Below are positions 20,048-32,150 of a DNA stretch of 64,000 nucleotides, one piece after another. Source of the DNA: an uncultured Flavobacteriaceae bacterium. Lineage in GTDB: Bacteria > Bacteroidota > Bacteroidia > Flavobacteriales > Flavobacteriaceae. The notes below the pieces were generated by a model that was not told the origin of the DNA, searched no databases, and saw only the letters and a program-made list of their open reading frames with translations. Positions within the stretch are counted from its first letter, which is position 1. Every line of letters begins with the position of its first letter. The position numbers and the translations under genes were made by a program. Where the stretch lies: assembly GCA_963795025.1 (NCBI GenBank), contig CAWCGN010000010.1:67990-131989 (forward strand). Reading direction: 5' to 3'.

Positions 20048-23000
20048 TTAGAAATTTAATTTGACGTTAAAAGAAATATTTCTTGCAGTCGGCATTGGCC
20101 CAGATTGCCATCCTTGAGTGTTTCCTGAAGATAAACCTGCTTCTGGGTCTGAGTAAGGTAAGCTTTTGTCAATGATCCAAAGATTGTTACCAATTACACT
20201 GAATGAACCTCCTTTAATTGATTTTCCTAATATACTTGAAGGCAAGTTATAAGTTAAAGCTACCTCTCTTAATTTTACAAATCCAGCGTCGTAAACAAAT
20301 TCTGCAGCAGGTGGATCAGTTACTAAAACTTGGCTTGACCAGTCTTTTCTTAATCTTGTTGTATTTGTGATATATTGTGGTTGAGTACCTCCTGGAGTAT
20401 ACGCAGGATTTGCCATAACACCGTCTAAAATAACTCCACCACCATTAGCGATAGTATTTCTAACTGGGTTTCCTAGATCGTTGTTTCCAACAGAGTTTTC
20501 ATAAATACCTGTTCCGTATCCGTAGTATTGATCAAGAGAGAATACTTTTCCGCCTTTTTTCATATCAATTAAGAAACTTAACGAAATATTTTTGTAAGTA
20601 ACTTTATTATTGATACCACCTGTCCATTTAGCTTGGTAAGAACCTAAGTCGTTGTCAGTAGTTGTAGATATTAAATAACTACCTTTTGGTCCGATAACTT
20701 TGTTTCCAGCATTATCAAGAACATAAGTTGTACCCCAGATTGTACCATAATCTTTATTAAGTGGAGCGTTGATACTAACACCACCTTGAAGAGAGTTAAT
20801 GTTGATATTTTCAATACCAGGAGCTAACTCTGTAACTTTAGTGTTAGGATTTGACCAGTTTACAGCAATGTCCCAAGAGAAGTTTTCTGTTTTAACAGGA
20901 GTTGCATTAAATGTAACCTCAAATCCTTTAGTTGTTAATGTACCAGCATTGATGTTGTTGAAACTTGATCCAGTAGCTGTTGATACAGGTAATGGTAAAA
21001 TTTGATCAAAAGCTTTGTTTTGGAACCAAGCAACGTCGAAACCAACTCTATTGTTTAAAAATTGCATATTAACCCCAAACTCAACGTTGTCTAACTGTTG
21101 TGGTTTTAAGTTTGCATTTTTAGCAGTTGTATTGTAAGAGTAAGATGGAGTTCCAAATGGCGTTTGTGCGTTGTATGTGTTCATAAGCACATTCGCTTGA
21201 GTATCAGAACCTACTTGTGCATAAGCAGCTCTTAATTTACCAAAGCTTAAGAATTCAAGATCTTTTAACCAGTTTGAGAAAACAACACTTCCAGATATTG
21301 CAGAATACCAGTATGCATTGTTGTCTACAGGAAGAGCAGAAGATTGATCTCTTCTAACAGAACCTTCTAAATAGTATGTTCCTTTGTATCCTAAAGTTGC
21401 TTGAGCAAATAAACCTAAAACTTCTTTTCTTGTTTTTACAGTTCTTGGTAATGTTGGAGCTGATTTCGAGTTCGAAATTGTGTACAATCCTGGAATATAT
21501 AATCCTCCTGAAGTTGTTTGTTGCTCAGAGAAGTTGCTTTGTACGTTGTAGTTAGTACCTAAAACGAAGTTAAGATTTAAATCTTCAGTTAAGTCTTTTT
21601 TGTAAGTAGCTAAGAAATCATAGTTTTGCTCGCTAAAATCATAAAGATCTAATGCATAACCAGATGGTTGAGGTGGTTGGTTTACTAAGTTTGGATTAGA
21701 TCCAATAGCATTAGGATATGAACCAACAGCGATTCTGCTTTCAGTTGTCATGTTGAATCCATCAGTACCCATTCTACCTGTTAAGCTGATGTTTTTGTTA
21801 ACATCATAGGTAATACTTGCATTAGCAGCAAATCTTTTTCTGCTATCGTTGTTGTAATTTTCGTATCTCTGGAAATAAGGGTTATCCCAGAAAGCAGGAG
21901 TTAAATCGTCTGGACCAGCGATATTCCAAGTGTAGTTTTGTTTGCTGCCGAAATATAAATCTTTTTGTTCTTGTAAATCAACATTCGTTGGCCACCACTG
22001 TCTGAAACCTGCTATTTGGTTACCTCCGTATCCAGTAGTGTTTCTGTTTCTTGTATTTTGAGATACATATGTTGCATTAAATGTAGAGCTTAACTTATCG
22101 GTGAATTTGTAAGTAGCACTTGCATTAAAGTTGTTTTTACTCAATAATGCATTAGGCAAAATATCTGAACTATTTGTGTTAGCGTATGTTAATCTGTAAG
22201 TAGCTTTATCTGTACCACCACTAAGAGCAATGTTGTTTACAGTTGAAGTACCTGTTTTGAAAAATGACGAAGGGCCGTTTTTAGCCATTTGCCATGGAGT
22301 TTGTTTTCCAAAATTTGGTGATCCTGGAGTGAAGGCATCATATTGCCAAACTAGCTCACCAGTATATTTTGGACCATAAGAAGCGTCATCACCTGTTGAA
22401 GCCATTTTTTGTCCATTATAATCTCCCCAGCTATCTTCACCAACATAACCTTCACCATATTCAGTTTGGTATTTAGGGAATGTTGATTTGTCCATTGTAG
22501 ACATAGTGTAAGAAGAAGAAAATTCAACTGACATCTCATTTCTTAATTTACCTTTTTTAGTAGTAATAATGATCGCACCATTTTGAGCTCTAGATCCATA
22601 AAGAGCTGTTGCAGCAGCACCTTTTAAAACGTTGATGTCTGCAATGTTATTTGGGTTGATATCTGATGCGGCATTACCGTAGTCATAACCACCTCTACCA
22701 CTTTTTTGATCAAGACTGTTTACGTTACTGTTCAAAATTGGTACACCGTCAACTACGAATAAAGCCTGGTTGTCTCCCAAAAGTGATTTGTAACCTCTAA
22801 GAACTACGTTAGTAGATCCACCAAAGTTAGTACCTTGAGTTACAGTAAGACCAGCAACTTTTCCTGATAAGTTGTTTACGAAGTTTCCAGTTGGAACTGT
22901 TGATACTTGCTCAGCTGTTACTTGTTGAGCAGAATAACCAAGAGATTTTTTCTCTCTTTTGATACCTAAAGCAGTTGTTACAACAACTCCTTCAAGTTCT

Positions 23001-23296
23001 TGTGCAGCTGCTGCTAATTTTACGTTTAACGAAGTCGAACTTGCAGCTATTTCTTGAGATTTCATCCCAATGTAGCTAAATACCAAAACTTGGCTTGATG
23101 ATGCTTTGATAGTAAATTTACCATCAAAATCAGTTTGCGTTCCAGATTTTGTTCCCTTAACTAATACACTAACACCTGGCAAAGGCATTCCGGCATTGTC
23201 AGAAACAGTTCCTGTAACGGCTCTTTCTTGCGCAAAAGTAAGTTGCGCTACTAGTACTAATAAAAGCACTAAGAATCCATTGAACTTTAGTTTCAT
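20048..23296 (-). CDS. SusC/RagA TonB-dependent transporter
   Basis: CarboxypepD_reg-like N-terminus, LEGVVVT TonB box, plug signature INVLKGAAATALYGSRAQNGAIIITTK, C-terminal Phe. Confidence 0.95.
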   Translation of the reverse strand: MKLKFNGFLVLLLVLVAQLTFAQERAVTGTVSDNAGMPLPGVSVLVKGTKSGTQTDFDGKFTIKASSSQVLVFSYIGMKSQEIAASSTSLNVKLAAAAQELEGVVVTTALGIKREKKSLGYSAQQVTAEQVSTVPTGNFVNNLSGKVAGLTVTQGTNFGGSTNVVLRGYKSLLGDNQALFVVDGVPILNSNVNSLDQKSGRGGYDYGNAASDINPNNIADINVLKGAAATALYGSRAQNGAIIITTKKGKLRNEMSVEFSSSYTMSTMDKSTFPKYQTEYGEGYVGEDSWGDYNGQKMASTGDDASYGPKYTGELVWQYDAFTPGSPNFGKQTPWQMAKNGPSSFFKTGTSTVNNIALSGGTDKATYRLTYANTNSSDILPNALLSKNNFNASATYKFTDKLSSTFNATYVSQNTRNRNTTGYGGNQIAGFRQWWPTNVDLQEQKDLYFGSKQNYTWNIAGPDDLTPAFWDNPYFQRYENYNNDSRKRFAANASITYDVNKNISLTGRMGTDGFNMTTESRIAVGSYPNAIGSNPNLVNQPPQPSGYALDLYDFSEQNYDFLATYKKDLTEDLNLNFVLGTNYNVQSNFSEQQTTSGGLYIPGLYTISNSKSAPTLPRTVKTRKEVLGLFAQATLGYKGTYYLEGSVRRDQSSALPVDNNAYWYSAISGSVVFSNWLKDLEFLSFGKLRAAYAQVGSDTQANVLMNTYNAQTPFGTPSYSYNTTAKNANLKPQQLDNVEFGVNMQFLNNRVGFDVAWFQNKAFDQILPLPVSTATGSSFNNINAGTLTTKGFEVTFNATPVKTENFSWDIAVNWSNPNTKVTELAPGIENININSLQGGVSINAPLNKDYGTIWGTTYVLDNAGNKVIGPKGSYLISTTTDNDLGSYQAKWTGGINNKVTYKNISLSFLIDMKKGGKVFSLDQYYGYGTGIYENSVGNNDLGNPVRNTIANGGGVILDGVMANPAYTPGGTQPQYITNTTRLRKDWSSQVLVTDPPAAEFVYDAGFVKLREVALTYNLPSSILGKSIKGGSFSVIGNNLWIIDKSLPYSDPEAGLSSGNTQGWQSGPMPTARNISFNVKLNF

Positions 23297-23381
23297 TTTT
23301 AAATATTTTGAATTAGTATCGCAAAACTCTTAATAATTTGTTAACTATCCTAATATTACTTTAAACTTTTTTCAGTTACTG

Positions 23382-25086
23382 CTAAAATTTAACATTATAA
23401 CATATGTTTATGATAGTGTTATATAATTGTAACTCTTGAATGTTTTGACTTCCGTTTGTAAGGTTTATCTTCAGTAATCCATTCGGTGTCTGTAAAACGG
23501 AACCTATCCCAAGACCAATTAGTTTTTTTGTTGAATTTGGATTAATAGTCGATGTTAAGTCTTGATATATACCGTAATCCGCAATTGTGTGGAGTAAATG
23601 TTTTTTGAAAACCTGTATCTGTACTCTGTTAAAATTAAAAAATTGAAGTTCGATTGTAAGCTATTTTCTAAAAAACCACGAATAGAGTTCATTCCTCCAA
23701 AACGGAATAATTCATTAGAAATATAATTCTTGCTGTTTAAATAAAAATTTTGTGAATTTATGTTAATGAAATTTTTGTCGTTTATTTCAAAATTATAAGA
23801 AGCATTTAGATTTGTGTAAAACTGTGCACTTGTACCAGCTGTTTCTGGAGAAGTGTTGGTGTCTCTTTTACCATAGCCAATTATCAAATTGATTAGAGCT
23901 TTTCTTGGAATAAGATTGTTTGTATGGTCTATTTTCTTATAGTCAAAACTTGATGTGAAGTAAGCATTTTTGAAATCACTAATTTGTTGAATTATTTGTG
24001 TTTTGAATATCACTCGATTCTGTTGATTGATATCCTGCGTAAATTCTTGAATTGTAATTTATATAATAGCCTAAATCAATTGCAGTTTTGGTGTTTTGAA
24101 ATGTGCTGTCTTGTTTGAATATGTTCAGTTGTGCTTTTATTCCTAATGAAGATTTAAAAATATAGGGTATTTCTAATTTGGTGTTGAAAGTTTTTTGCTG
24201 ATTGCCATCACTTTTCCAGTATAAAGAAAATTGTTCTCCCGCATGTAAAGTATTTAAGAGGGAGATGTCTAATATATCCGTTTATGTTTACTTTTTCATC
24301 CTTATCGTTCGAAAAGCCAATATAGCCATCAAAAGTATTTGCTTTTCTTTTTTCTATATAAGTGTATATTTTGGTTGAATCAGTGGTGAATAATATTTCG
24401 GGATATTTTGTTTGAGAAATAAATTCATAACTGTTTATATCTTCATAAAGTTGCTGTGTGGTTTCTTGATTGAAAATTTTATTGAGGTATTTTTTGTTTA
24501 GTTGTTTTAAATGTCCTTTTGGGAAAAAATCTTTTCCTTTAGGATTTGTGTAATTAAGAATGATTGAATTTATAGTTCGTTTTTTTTCGGATTTAAAATT
24601 TAAGTCGGCATAAATTAAGGAATTCTTTTTTTGGATGTTTTCTAATTTTATTTTGCTTAATGCAAAACCTTGTTTTTCTGCGTCAATTATTTTTTGATTT
24701 AAATAATTTTCAACTTCGGTATAAGGTAGAATAACCGTGTCATTCTTTGTTTTTTCAGAATAAAAAAAAGAATTATTTATACCTATATATATATGTATGT
24801 ATTTTGTTTGACTTTTTAGCTCTATGGTTGAACTATAAGTACTGTCGTTTAATGGGGTAGTAGTTAGAATGTTGTTTTCTAAATATCCGATTTTTGATAA
24901 TTTTTTAGAAGTGTTTTTTACTTCATCAAACAATGATTTTATATTTAGATGATTTGGGTTGTAGTTTAATGAGTCAATAATTTGATTTTCAGTTTCGTTA
25001 ATTCCTTTTATTATTAGATGAAAATTTTGACCATAGCCAGAGAAGCTTATCAAGCAAAAGAAGAGTATTTGTAATAAGTGTTTCAA
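23382..25086 (-). CDS. Omp85/BamA-TamA-like outer-membrane protein, split by several indels
   Basis: ORFs 24208-25086 and 23555-24013 are colinear; NELFRFGGMNSIRGFLE resembles the Omp85 loop-6 (V/I)RG(F/Y) motif; terminal YNVKF-stop at 23382. Confidence 0.65.
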
Positions 25087-25184
25087 AAGCTGTTTTTTTA
25101 TAGGTTAAAAGTATTGCAAATATCTAATGTTTGTTTGTAAAATCATAAGTCTAAATAATGTTGTTGAAAATTAATGAATTAACG

Positions 25185-25215
25185 TTTGTATAGTGAAAAA
25201 TAATTTATACATTTG
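25185..25215 (+). promoter_or_regulatory. Bacteroidota promoter of the str operon
   Basis: TTTG (25185-25188), 19-nt spacer, TACATTTG (25208-25215). Confidence 0.75.
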
Positions 25216-25268
25216 CAACCCCGTAAAAAGCGGGAATTTAATAAACATAATAATTTTTAGTATTAATT

Positions 25269-25652
25269 ATGCCAACAATTCAACAATTAGTAAGAACAGG
25301 AAGAACTCAGATAACTAAGAAGAGTAAATCGGTTGCTTTAGATTCTTGTCCTCAAAGAAGAGGGGTTTGTACGCGTGTTTACACTACTACACCAAAAAAA
25401 CCAAACTCTGCAATGCGTAAAGTTGCGCGTGTACGTTTGACAAATGGTAACGAAGTGAATGCTTACATCCCTGGAGAAGGACACAATCTACAAGAGCACT
25501 CGATAGTATTAGTTAGAGGCGGAAGGGTAAAAGATTTACCAGGTGTTAGATATCATATCGTTCGTGGAGCGCTTGATACGTCAGGTGTTGCAGGAAGAAC
25601 GCAAAGAAGATCTAAGTACGGTGCTAAACGCCCAAAAGAAGCAAAAAAGTAA
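25269..25652 (+). CDS. rpsL: 30S ribosomal protein S12
   Basis: MPTIQQLVR...[11 protein letters not shown]...[10 protein letters not shown]. Confidence 0.99.
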
Positions 25653-25676
25653 TTTAAAAACTTTTAAGAAAAAGAC

Positions 25677-26153
25677 ATGAGAAAAAGAGCGGCAAAGAAA
25701 AGACCACTTTTACCAGATCCGAGGTTTAACGACCAATTGGTAACGCGTTTTGTAAACAACTTAATGTGGGACGGTAAGAAATCTACAGCTTTTAAAGTAT
25801 TTTATGATGCAATTGATATCATTGAAACTAAAAAGCAAAATGATGAAAAATCTTCATTAGAAATCTGGAAAGATGCTTTAACAAACGTTATGCCTCACGT
25901 AGAAGTACGTAGCCGTAGAGTTGGTGGAGCTACATTCCAAATCCCAATGCAGATTCGTCCAGACAGAAAAATTTCTATGGCAATGAAGTGGTTAATACTT
26001 TATTCTAGAAGAAGAAATGAAAAATCTATGGCACAACGTTTAGCGTCAGAATGTTTAGCTGCGGCTAAAGAAGAAGGTGCTGCGGTTAAGAAAAGAATGG
26101 ATACTCACAAAATGGCAGAAGCTAATAAAGCATTCTCTCACTTTAGATTTTAA
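25677..26153 (+). CDS. rpsG: 30S ribosomal protein S7
   Basis: [27 protein letters not shown]. Confidence 0.99.
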   Translation: MRKRAAKKRPLLPDPRFNDQLVTRFVNNLMWDGKKSTAFKVFYDAIDIIETKKQNDEKSSLEIWKDALTNVMPHVEVRSRRVGGATFQIPMQIRPDRKISMAMKWLILYSRRRNEKSMAQRLASECLAAAKEEGAAVKKRMDTHKMAEANKAFSHFRF

Positions 26154-26164
26154 TTCATAAAGAA

Positions 26165-28323
26165 ATGGCTAGAGATTTAAAATATACAAGAAATATTGGA
26201 ATTGCTGCTCACATTGATGCTGGTAAAACAACAACAACTGAGCGTATCCTTTTTTATACTGGAAAGTCACATAAAATTGGTGAGGTGCACGATGGTGCTG
26301 CAACAATGGACTGGATGGCGCAAGAGCAGGAAAGAGGTATTACAATTACTTCTGCTGCTACAACTTGTGAGTGGAATTTCCCAACTGAGCAAGGTAAACT
26401 TTTGCCAGAATCATTACCATATCACTTTAATATTATTGATACTCCAGGTCACGTTGACTTTACTGTAGAGGTAAACCGTTCTTTACGTGTACTTGATGGA
26501 TTAGTTTTCTTATTTAGTGCTGTTGATGGTGTTGAGCCGCAATCAGAAACTAACTGGAGACTTGCTGATCAATATAGAGTTCCTCGTATGGGATTTGTTA
26601 ATAAAATGGACCGTCAAGGATCTAACTTTTTGGCAGTTTGTCAACAAGTTCGTGATATGTTGAAATCAAACGCTGTTGCGATCACTTTGCCAATTGGTGA
26701 AGAAAATGATTTCAAAGGTGTTGTGGATTTGGTAAAAAACCAAGCTATTATTTGGCATGATGCAACTCAAGGGGCAACTTTTGATATCGTTGATATTCCT
26801 GCTGATATGGTTGCTGAAGTTAAAGAATACAGAGATATTCTTATTGAAGCGGTTGCTGATTACGATGAAAACTTACTTGAGAAATATCATGGAAGATCCA
26901 GATTCTATCACAGAGGAAGAAATCAACAATGCTTTAAGAGCTGCTACTATGGATATGGCTATCATCCCGATGATTGCTGGTTCTTCTTTCAAAAACAAAG
27001 GGGTTCAATTCATGTTAGATGCAGTTTGTAAATATTTGCCTTCTCCAATGGATAAGGAAGGTATCGAAGGAATTCATCCTGATGATGCTGAATTATTAGA
27101 AGAAGATCAAACTAAAATCTTACGTAATCCAGATGTAAAAGAGCCGTTCGCTGCTTTAGCATTTAAAATTGCTACTGACCCATTCGTAGGTCGTTTAGCT
27201 TTCTTCCGTGCTTACTCAGGACGTTTAGATGCTGGTTCTTACGTTTTGAACACTCGTTCAGGAAGTAAAGAAAGAATTTCTCGTATCTACCAAATGCACG
27301 CTAACAAACAAAATCCAATCGAATTATATTGAGGCTGGAGATATTGGAGCTGCTGTTGGATTTAAAGATATCAAAACTGGAGATACATTGTGTGATGAAA
27401 AACACCCAATTATTCTTGAGTCAATGAAATTCCCTGCGCCGGTAATTGGTATTGCAATTGAGCCTAAAACTAAAGCTGACGTTGATAAAATGGGTATGGC
27501 TTTGGCTAAATTAGCTGAAGAAGATCCAACATTTACTGTTAGAACAGATGAGGCTTCAGGGCAAACTATTATTTCGGGTATGGGTGAGCTTCACTTAGAT
27601 ATCTTAGTAGATCGTATGAAGCGTGAATTTAAAGTTGAAGTGAACCAAGGTGAGCCTCAAGTTGAATATAAAGAAGCGTTTACAAGAACTGCTACACATA
27701 GAGAAACTTACAAGAAACAATCAGGAGGTCGTGGTAAATTCGGTGATATCGTATTTACACTTGAGCCAGCTGACGAAGTTGATGGTAAAGTTCCTGTAGG
27801 ATTACAGTTTATTAATGCGGTAAAAGGTGGTAACGTTCCTAAAGAATATATTCCTTCTGTAGAAAAAGGTTTCCGTGAAGCGATGAAAACTGGTCCTTTG
27901 GCAGGTTACCAAGTGGATAGTTTGAAAGTAACTTTGACGGACGGATCTTTCCACCCTGTCGATTCTGATGCTCTTTCTTTTGAATTAGCTGCAAGAATGG
28001 GTTATAGAGAAGTAGCTAAAGCTGCTGGAGCGATTATTCTTGAGCCAATCATGAAAATGGAAGTTATTACTCCTGAAGAAAACATGGGGGATATCGTTGG
28101 TGATATCAACCGTCGTAGAGGTCAGGTAAATGACATGGGTGACAGAAACGGTGCTAAAACTATTAAAGCTGATGTGCCTTTATCAGAAATGTTTGGATAT
28201 GTAACAACATTAAGAACATTATCTTCTGGTAGAGCAACTTCAACAATGGAGTTTTCTCACTATGCAGAAACACCTTCTAATATTTCAGAAGCTGTAATTA
28301 AAAAAGCAAAAGGTAACGCTTAA
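26165..28323 (+). CDS. fusA: Elongation factor G; two +1 indels (~26888, ~27325)
   Basis: [35 protein letters not shown] across three ORFs; span is 3n+2. Confidence 0.97.
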
Positions 28324-28334
28324 TTCTTAAGAAA

Positions 28335-28640
28335 ATGAGTCAAAAAATCAGAATAAAACTAAAATCTTACGATCACATGTTGGTGGATAAATCTGCTGAA
28401 AAGATCGTAAAAACAGTAAAAACTACTGGAGCAGTTGTAACAGGTCCAATTCCGTTGCCAACTCACAAAAAACTTTTCACTGTATTGCGTTCTCCGCACG
28501 TTAACAAAAAAGCGAGAGAGCAATTTGAAGTAATGTCATACAAGAGATTGATTGATATTTATTCATCTTCATCTAAAACTATTGATGCATTAATGAAACT
28601 TGAATTGCCAAGTGGAGTTGAAGTGGAGATAAAAGTATAA
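28335..28640 (+). CDS. rpsJ: 30S ribosomal protein S10
   Basis: [24 protein letters not shown]. Confidence 0.99.
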
Positions 28641-28660
28641 TTTTTTTTATATTTTATATA

Positions 28661-28693
28661 AAAAAAGCGAGACAGAAATGTCTCGCTTTTTTT
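28661..28693 (+). terminator. Terminator after rpsJ
   Basis: aaaaaagcgagaca-gaaa-tgtctcgctttttt. Confidence 0.88.
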
Positions 28694-28983
28694 GTCTATT
28701 GGAATATGGATTTTTGATTTCGTGATTTTTAAAATATTTCATGGTTTTATAAGTCTTGTGAATTTATGTAAAGTCTTTTTTTTAGGGTGTTGGCGATGGT
28801 TTTTTTTTTTATTGTTATTGAATAAATGTTAAGTGAAAATATTGTCTAAAGATTAAGAAATAAAAGTTTAAATTTTCGAGATGGCCAAAGTTATTTATTG
28901 AAGTGCCATTATTGTGACCGCTTGGATTTTGATTATGAGCGATTTAATTTTTGTAACTGTTTGGTATATTCAATTTTAATGTC

Positions 28984-28991
28984 TACTTTTG
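28984..28991 (+). promoter_or_regulatory. -7 promoter element for the rplC operon
   Basis: TACTTTTG about 70 nt upstream of rplC, with TTTG about 20 nt further upstream. Confidence 0.7.
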
Positions 28992-29060
28992 CACTCCCTG
29001 TTTGGAAATTTCTGTTATTTTCAAATTGAAGGGAATTTTAGTAATTAATAATTAATATTT

Positions 29061-29678
29061 ATGTCTGGGTTAATTGGTAAAAAAATCGGCATGACTAGTA
29101 TTTTCGACGAAAACGGGAAAAACATTCCTTGTACAGTAATCGAAGCTGGGCCGTGTGTTGTTACCCAAGTCAGAACCAAAGGTGTTGACGGGTACGAAGC
29201 GTTGCAACTTGGTTTCGATGACAAAAACGAGAAACATTCCACTAAAGCGGCTGTAGGTCACTTTAAAAAAGCTGGAACTGTTGCTAAGAAAAAAGTCGTT
29301 GAATTCCAAGATTTTGCAACTGAACAAAAATTAGGAGATCTTATTGATGTTTCTATTTTTGCTGAAGGAGAATTTGTAGATGTACAAGGTGTATCTAAAG
29401 GTAAAGGTTTTCAAGGGGTTGTTAAACGTCACGGATTTGGTGGTGTTGGACAAGCAACTCACGGTCAACACAACCGTTTAAGAGCGCCAGGTTCTGTGGG
29501 AGCTTCTTCTTATCCATCTAGAGTATTCAAAGGAATGCGTATGGCTGGAAGAATGGGAGGAGATAATGTAAAAGTTCAAAACCTTAGAGTTTTAAAAGTA
29601 GTGGCTGAAAAGAACCTACTTGTTATTAAAGGATGTGTTCCTGGACATAAAAACTCTTATGTAATCATTCAGAAGTAA
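29061..29678 (+). CDS. rplC: 50S ribosomal protein L3
   Basis: [27 protein letters not shown]. Confidence 0.99.
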   Translation: MSGLIGKKIGMTSIFDENGKNIPCTVIEAGPCVVTQVRTKGVDGYEALQLGFDDKNEKHSTKAAVGHFKKAGTVAKKKVVEFQDFATEQKLGDLIDVSIFAEGEFVDVQGVSKGKGFQGVVKRHGFGGVGQATHGQHNRLRAPGSVGASSYPSRVFKGMRMAGRMGGDNVKVQNLRVLKVVAEKNLLVIKGCVPGHKNSYVIIQK

Positions 29679-30307
29679 TGGAAGTAAAAGTATTAGATTT
29701 CAACGGAAAAGATACTGGAAGAAAAGTTCAACTTTCTGATTCAGTATTCGCAATTGAACCAAACAATCACGCTGTATACCTTGATGTTAAGCAATATCTT
29801 GCTAATCAAAGACAAGGAACTCACAAAGCTAAAGAAAGAGCTGAAGTGACAGGAAGTACACGTAAGATTAAAAAACAAAAAGGAACAGGTACTGCTCGTG
29901 CGGGAAGTATTAAAAATCCATTGTTTAAAGGTGGTGGAACAGTTTTCGGACCAAGACCAAGAAGTTATTCATTTAAATTGAATAAAGCTTTGAAGAGATT
30001 GGCTAGAAAATCAGCTTTCTCAATCAAAGCAAAAGAGTCGAATATTATCGTTCTTGAAGACTTTAATTTTGAAGCGCCAAACACTAAAAATTTCATTAAC
30101 GTTTTGAAAGCTTTAGGGTTAGAAAATAAAAAATCTCTATTTGTGTTGGGAGAGTCGAATAAAAATGTATATTTGTCGTCACGCAATTTAAAGGCTTCAA
30201 ATGTCGTAACTAGCTCAGAATTAAGCACTTACGCTATTTTAAACACTAATAATTTAGTGCTTTTAGAAGGTTCTTTAGAGTTAATTGAAGAAAATTTAAG
30301 CAAATAA
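29678..30307 (+). CDS. rplD: 50S ribosomal protein L4
   Basis: [19 protein letters not shown]. Confidence 0.99.
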   Translation: MEVKVLDFNGKDTGRKVQLSDSVFAIEPNNHAVYLDVKQYLANQRQGTHKAKERAEVTGSTRKIKKQKGTGTARAGSIKNPLFKGGGTVFGPRPRSYSFKLNKALKRLARKSAFSIKAKESNIIVLEDFNFEAPNTKNFINVLKALGLENKKSLFVLGESNKNVYLSSRNLKASNVVTSSELSTYAILNTNNLVLLEGSLELIEENLSK

Positions 30308-30314
30308 TAGGAGT

Positions 30315-30605
30315 ATGAGCATCATAATTAGACCTATAGTAACGGAAAAAGTAACCAAAGAAAGTGAAGTTTTAAACCGCTTCGGATTCGTTGTTAACAA
30401 AAAAGCAAACAAAGTTCAGATTAAGAAAGCTGTTGAAGCTGCTTATGGAGTAACTATCGTTTCTGTTAATACAATGAATGTAAGACCAGATAGATCTACT
30501 AAATACACTAAAAGTGGTTTAATCAGTGGAAAGACAAATGCATACAAAAAAGCAATTGTTCAAGTACAAGAAGGAGAAACAATTGATTTTTACAACAATA
30601 TCTAA
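30315..30605 (+). CDS. rplW: 50S ribosomal protein L23
   Basis: RPIVTEK, ANKVQIKKAVE, YKKAIV. Confidence 0.98.
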   Translation: MSIIIRPIVTEKVTKESEVLNRFGFVVNKKANKVQIKKAVEAAYGVTIVSVNTMNVRPDRSTKYTKSGLISGKTNAYKKAIVQVQEGETIDFYNNI

Positions 30606-30614
30606 GATAGAAAA

Positions 30615-31439
30615 ATGTCAGTAAGAAAATTAAAACCTATTACCCCAGGTCAGCGATTTAGAGTTGTGAATGGTTATGACGCCATTACAACTGATAAGCC
30701 GGAACGCTCTTTGATAGCGCCGATAAAAAACTCTGGAGGTAGAAATAGTCAAGGAAAGATGACCATGCGTTATACGGGTGGTGGTCACAAGCAGAGATAT
30801 CGTATTATTGATTTCAAAAGAACTAAAGACGGAATTCCGGCTACAGTGAAATCAATCGAATACGATCCAAATCGTACTGCATTTATCGCTTTATTAGCTT
30901 ATGCTGATGGAGAGAAAACTTATGTAATTGCTCAAAACGGATTGAAAGTTGGTCAGAAATTAGTTTCTGGTCCAGAATCTCAACCTGAAATTGGTAATAC
31001 ATTGCCTTTAAGCAGAATTCCTCTTGGAACTGTTATATCTTGTATTGAGTTACGTCCAGGACAAGGAGCGGTTATCGCTCGTTCAGCTGGAACTTTTGCT
31101 CAATTAATGGCAAGAGACGGAAAATATGCTACAATTAAAATGCCATCTGGTGAAACAAGATTGATCTTGTTAACTTGTTCGGCTACAATTGGAGCTGTTT
31201 CTAATTCAGACCACCAATTAGTTGTATCTGGAAAAGCAGGTAGAACAAGATGGTTAGGAAGAAGACCTAGAACAAGACCAGTAGCGATGAACCCAGTTGA
31301 TCACCCAATGGGTGGTGGTGAAGGACGTTCTTCTGGTGGACATCCACGTTCAAGAAACGGATTGCCAGCTAAAGGTTACAGAACTCGTTCTAAGAAAAAC
31401 CCGAGTAACAAGTATATCGTAGAACGTAGAAAGAAATAA
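30615..31439 (+). CDS. rplB: 50S ribosomal protein L2
   Basis: [23 protein letters not shown]. Confidence 0.99.
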   Translation: MSVRKLKPITPGQRFRVVNGYDAITTDKPERSLIAPIKNSGGRNSQGKMTMRYTGGGHKQRYRIIDFKRTKDGIPATVKSIEYDPNRTAFIALLAYADGEKTYVIAQNGLKVGQKLVSGPESQPEIGNTLPLSRIPLGTVISCIELRPGQGAVIARSAGTFAQLMARDGKYATIKMPSGETRLILLTCSATIGAVSNSDHQLVVSGKAGRTRWLGRRPRTRPVAMNPVDHPMGGGEGRSSGGHPRSRNGLPAKGYRTRSKKNPSNKYIVERRKK

Positions 31440-31445
31440 TAAGAT

Positions 31446-31725
31446 ATGGCACGTTCATTAAAAAAAGGACCTTTCGTTCATTATAAATTAGACAAGAAAG
31501 TTCAGGAAAACATAGAAAGTGGTAAAAATGGAGTAGTAAAGACTTGGTCTAGAGCTTCAATGATTACTCCAGACTTTCGTTGGACAAACTATCGCAGTTC
31601 ATAACGGTCGTCAATTTGTACCGGTTTACGTAACAGAAAACATGGTAGGTCACAAATTAGGAGAGTTTTCACCAACTAGATCTTTTAGAGGTCATGCTGG
31701 AGCAAAAAATAAAGGTAAAAAATAA
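31446..31725 (+). CDS. rpsS: 30S ribosomal protein S19; one +1 indel near 31576; not in ORF track
   Basis: [11 protein letters not shown]...KTWSRAS; then HNGRQF...[13 protein letters not shown] in the next frame; span is 3n+1. Confidence 0.95.
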
Positions 31726-31731
31726 GAAGCA

Positions 31732-32145
31732 ATGGGAGTTCGTAAAAGAGAAACAGCAGATGCGAGAAAAGAGGCTAATAAGTCTATTGCTTTCGCAAAA
31801 TTGAATAACTGCCCTACTTCACCTAGAAAAATGCGCTTAGTAGCGGACTTGGTAAGAGGTCAGAAGGTAGAAAGAGCACTTAACATTTTAAGATTCAGTT
31901 CTAAAGAAGCTTCAAGAAAATTAGAAAAACTATTATTATCTGCAATCAATAACTGGGAGCAAAAAAATAGTGAAGGTAATTTAGAAGAAGCTGGTTTATT
32001 TGTTAAAGAGATCAGAGTAGATGGTGGAATGATGTTAAAAAGACTTCGTCCAGCTCCACAAGGTCGTGCACACAGAATCAGAAAACGTTCTAACCACGTA
32101 ACAATCGTGCTTGGAGCTATCAATAACACACAAAGCAATTCTTAA
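31732..32145 (+). CDS. rplV: 50S ribosomal protein L22
   Basis: [22 protein letters not shown]. Confidence 0.99.
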
Positions 32146-32150
32146 GCAGC

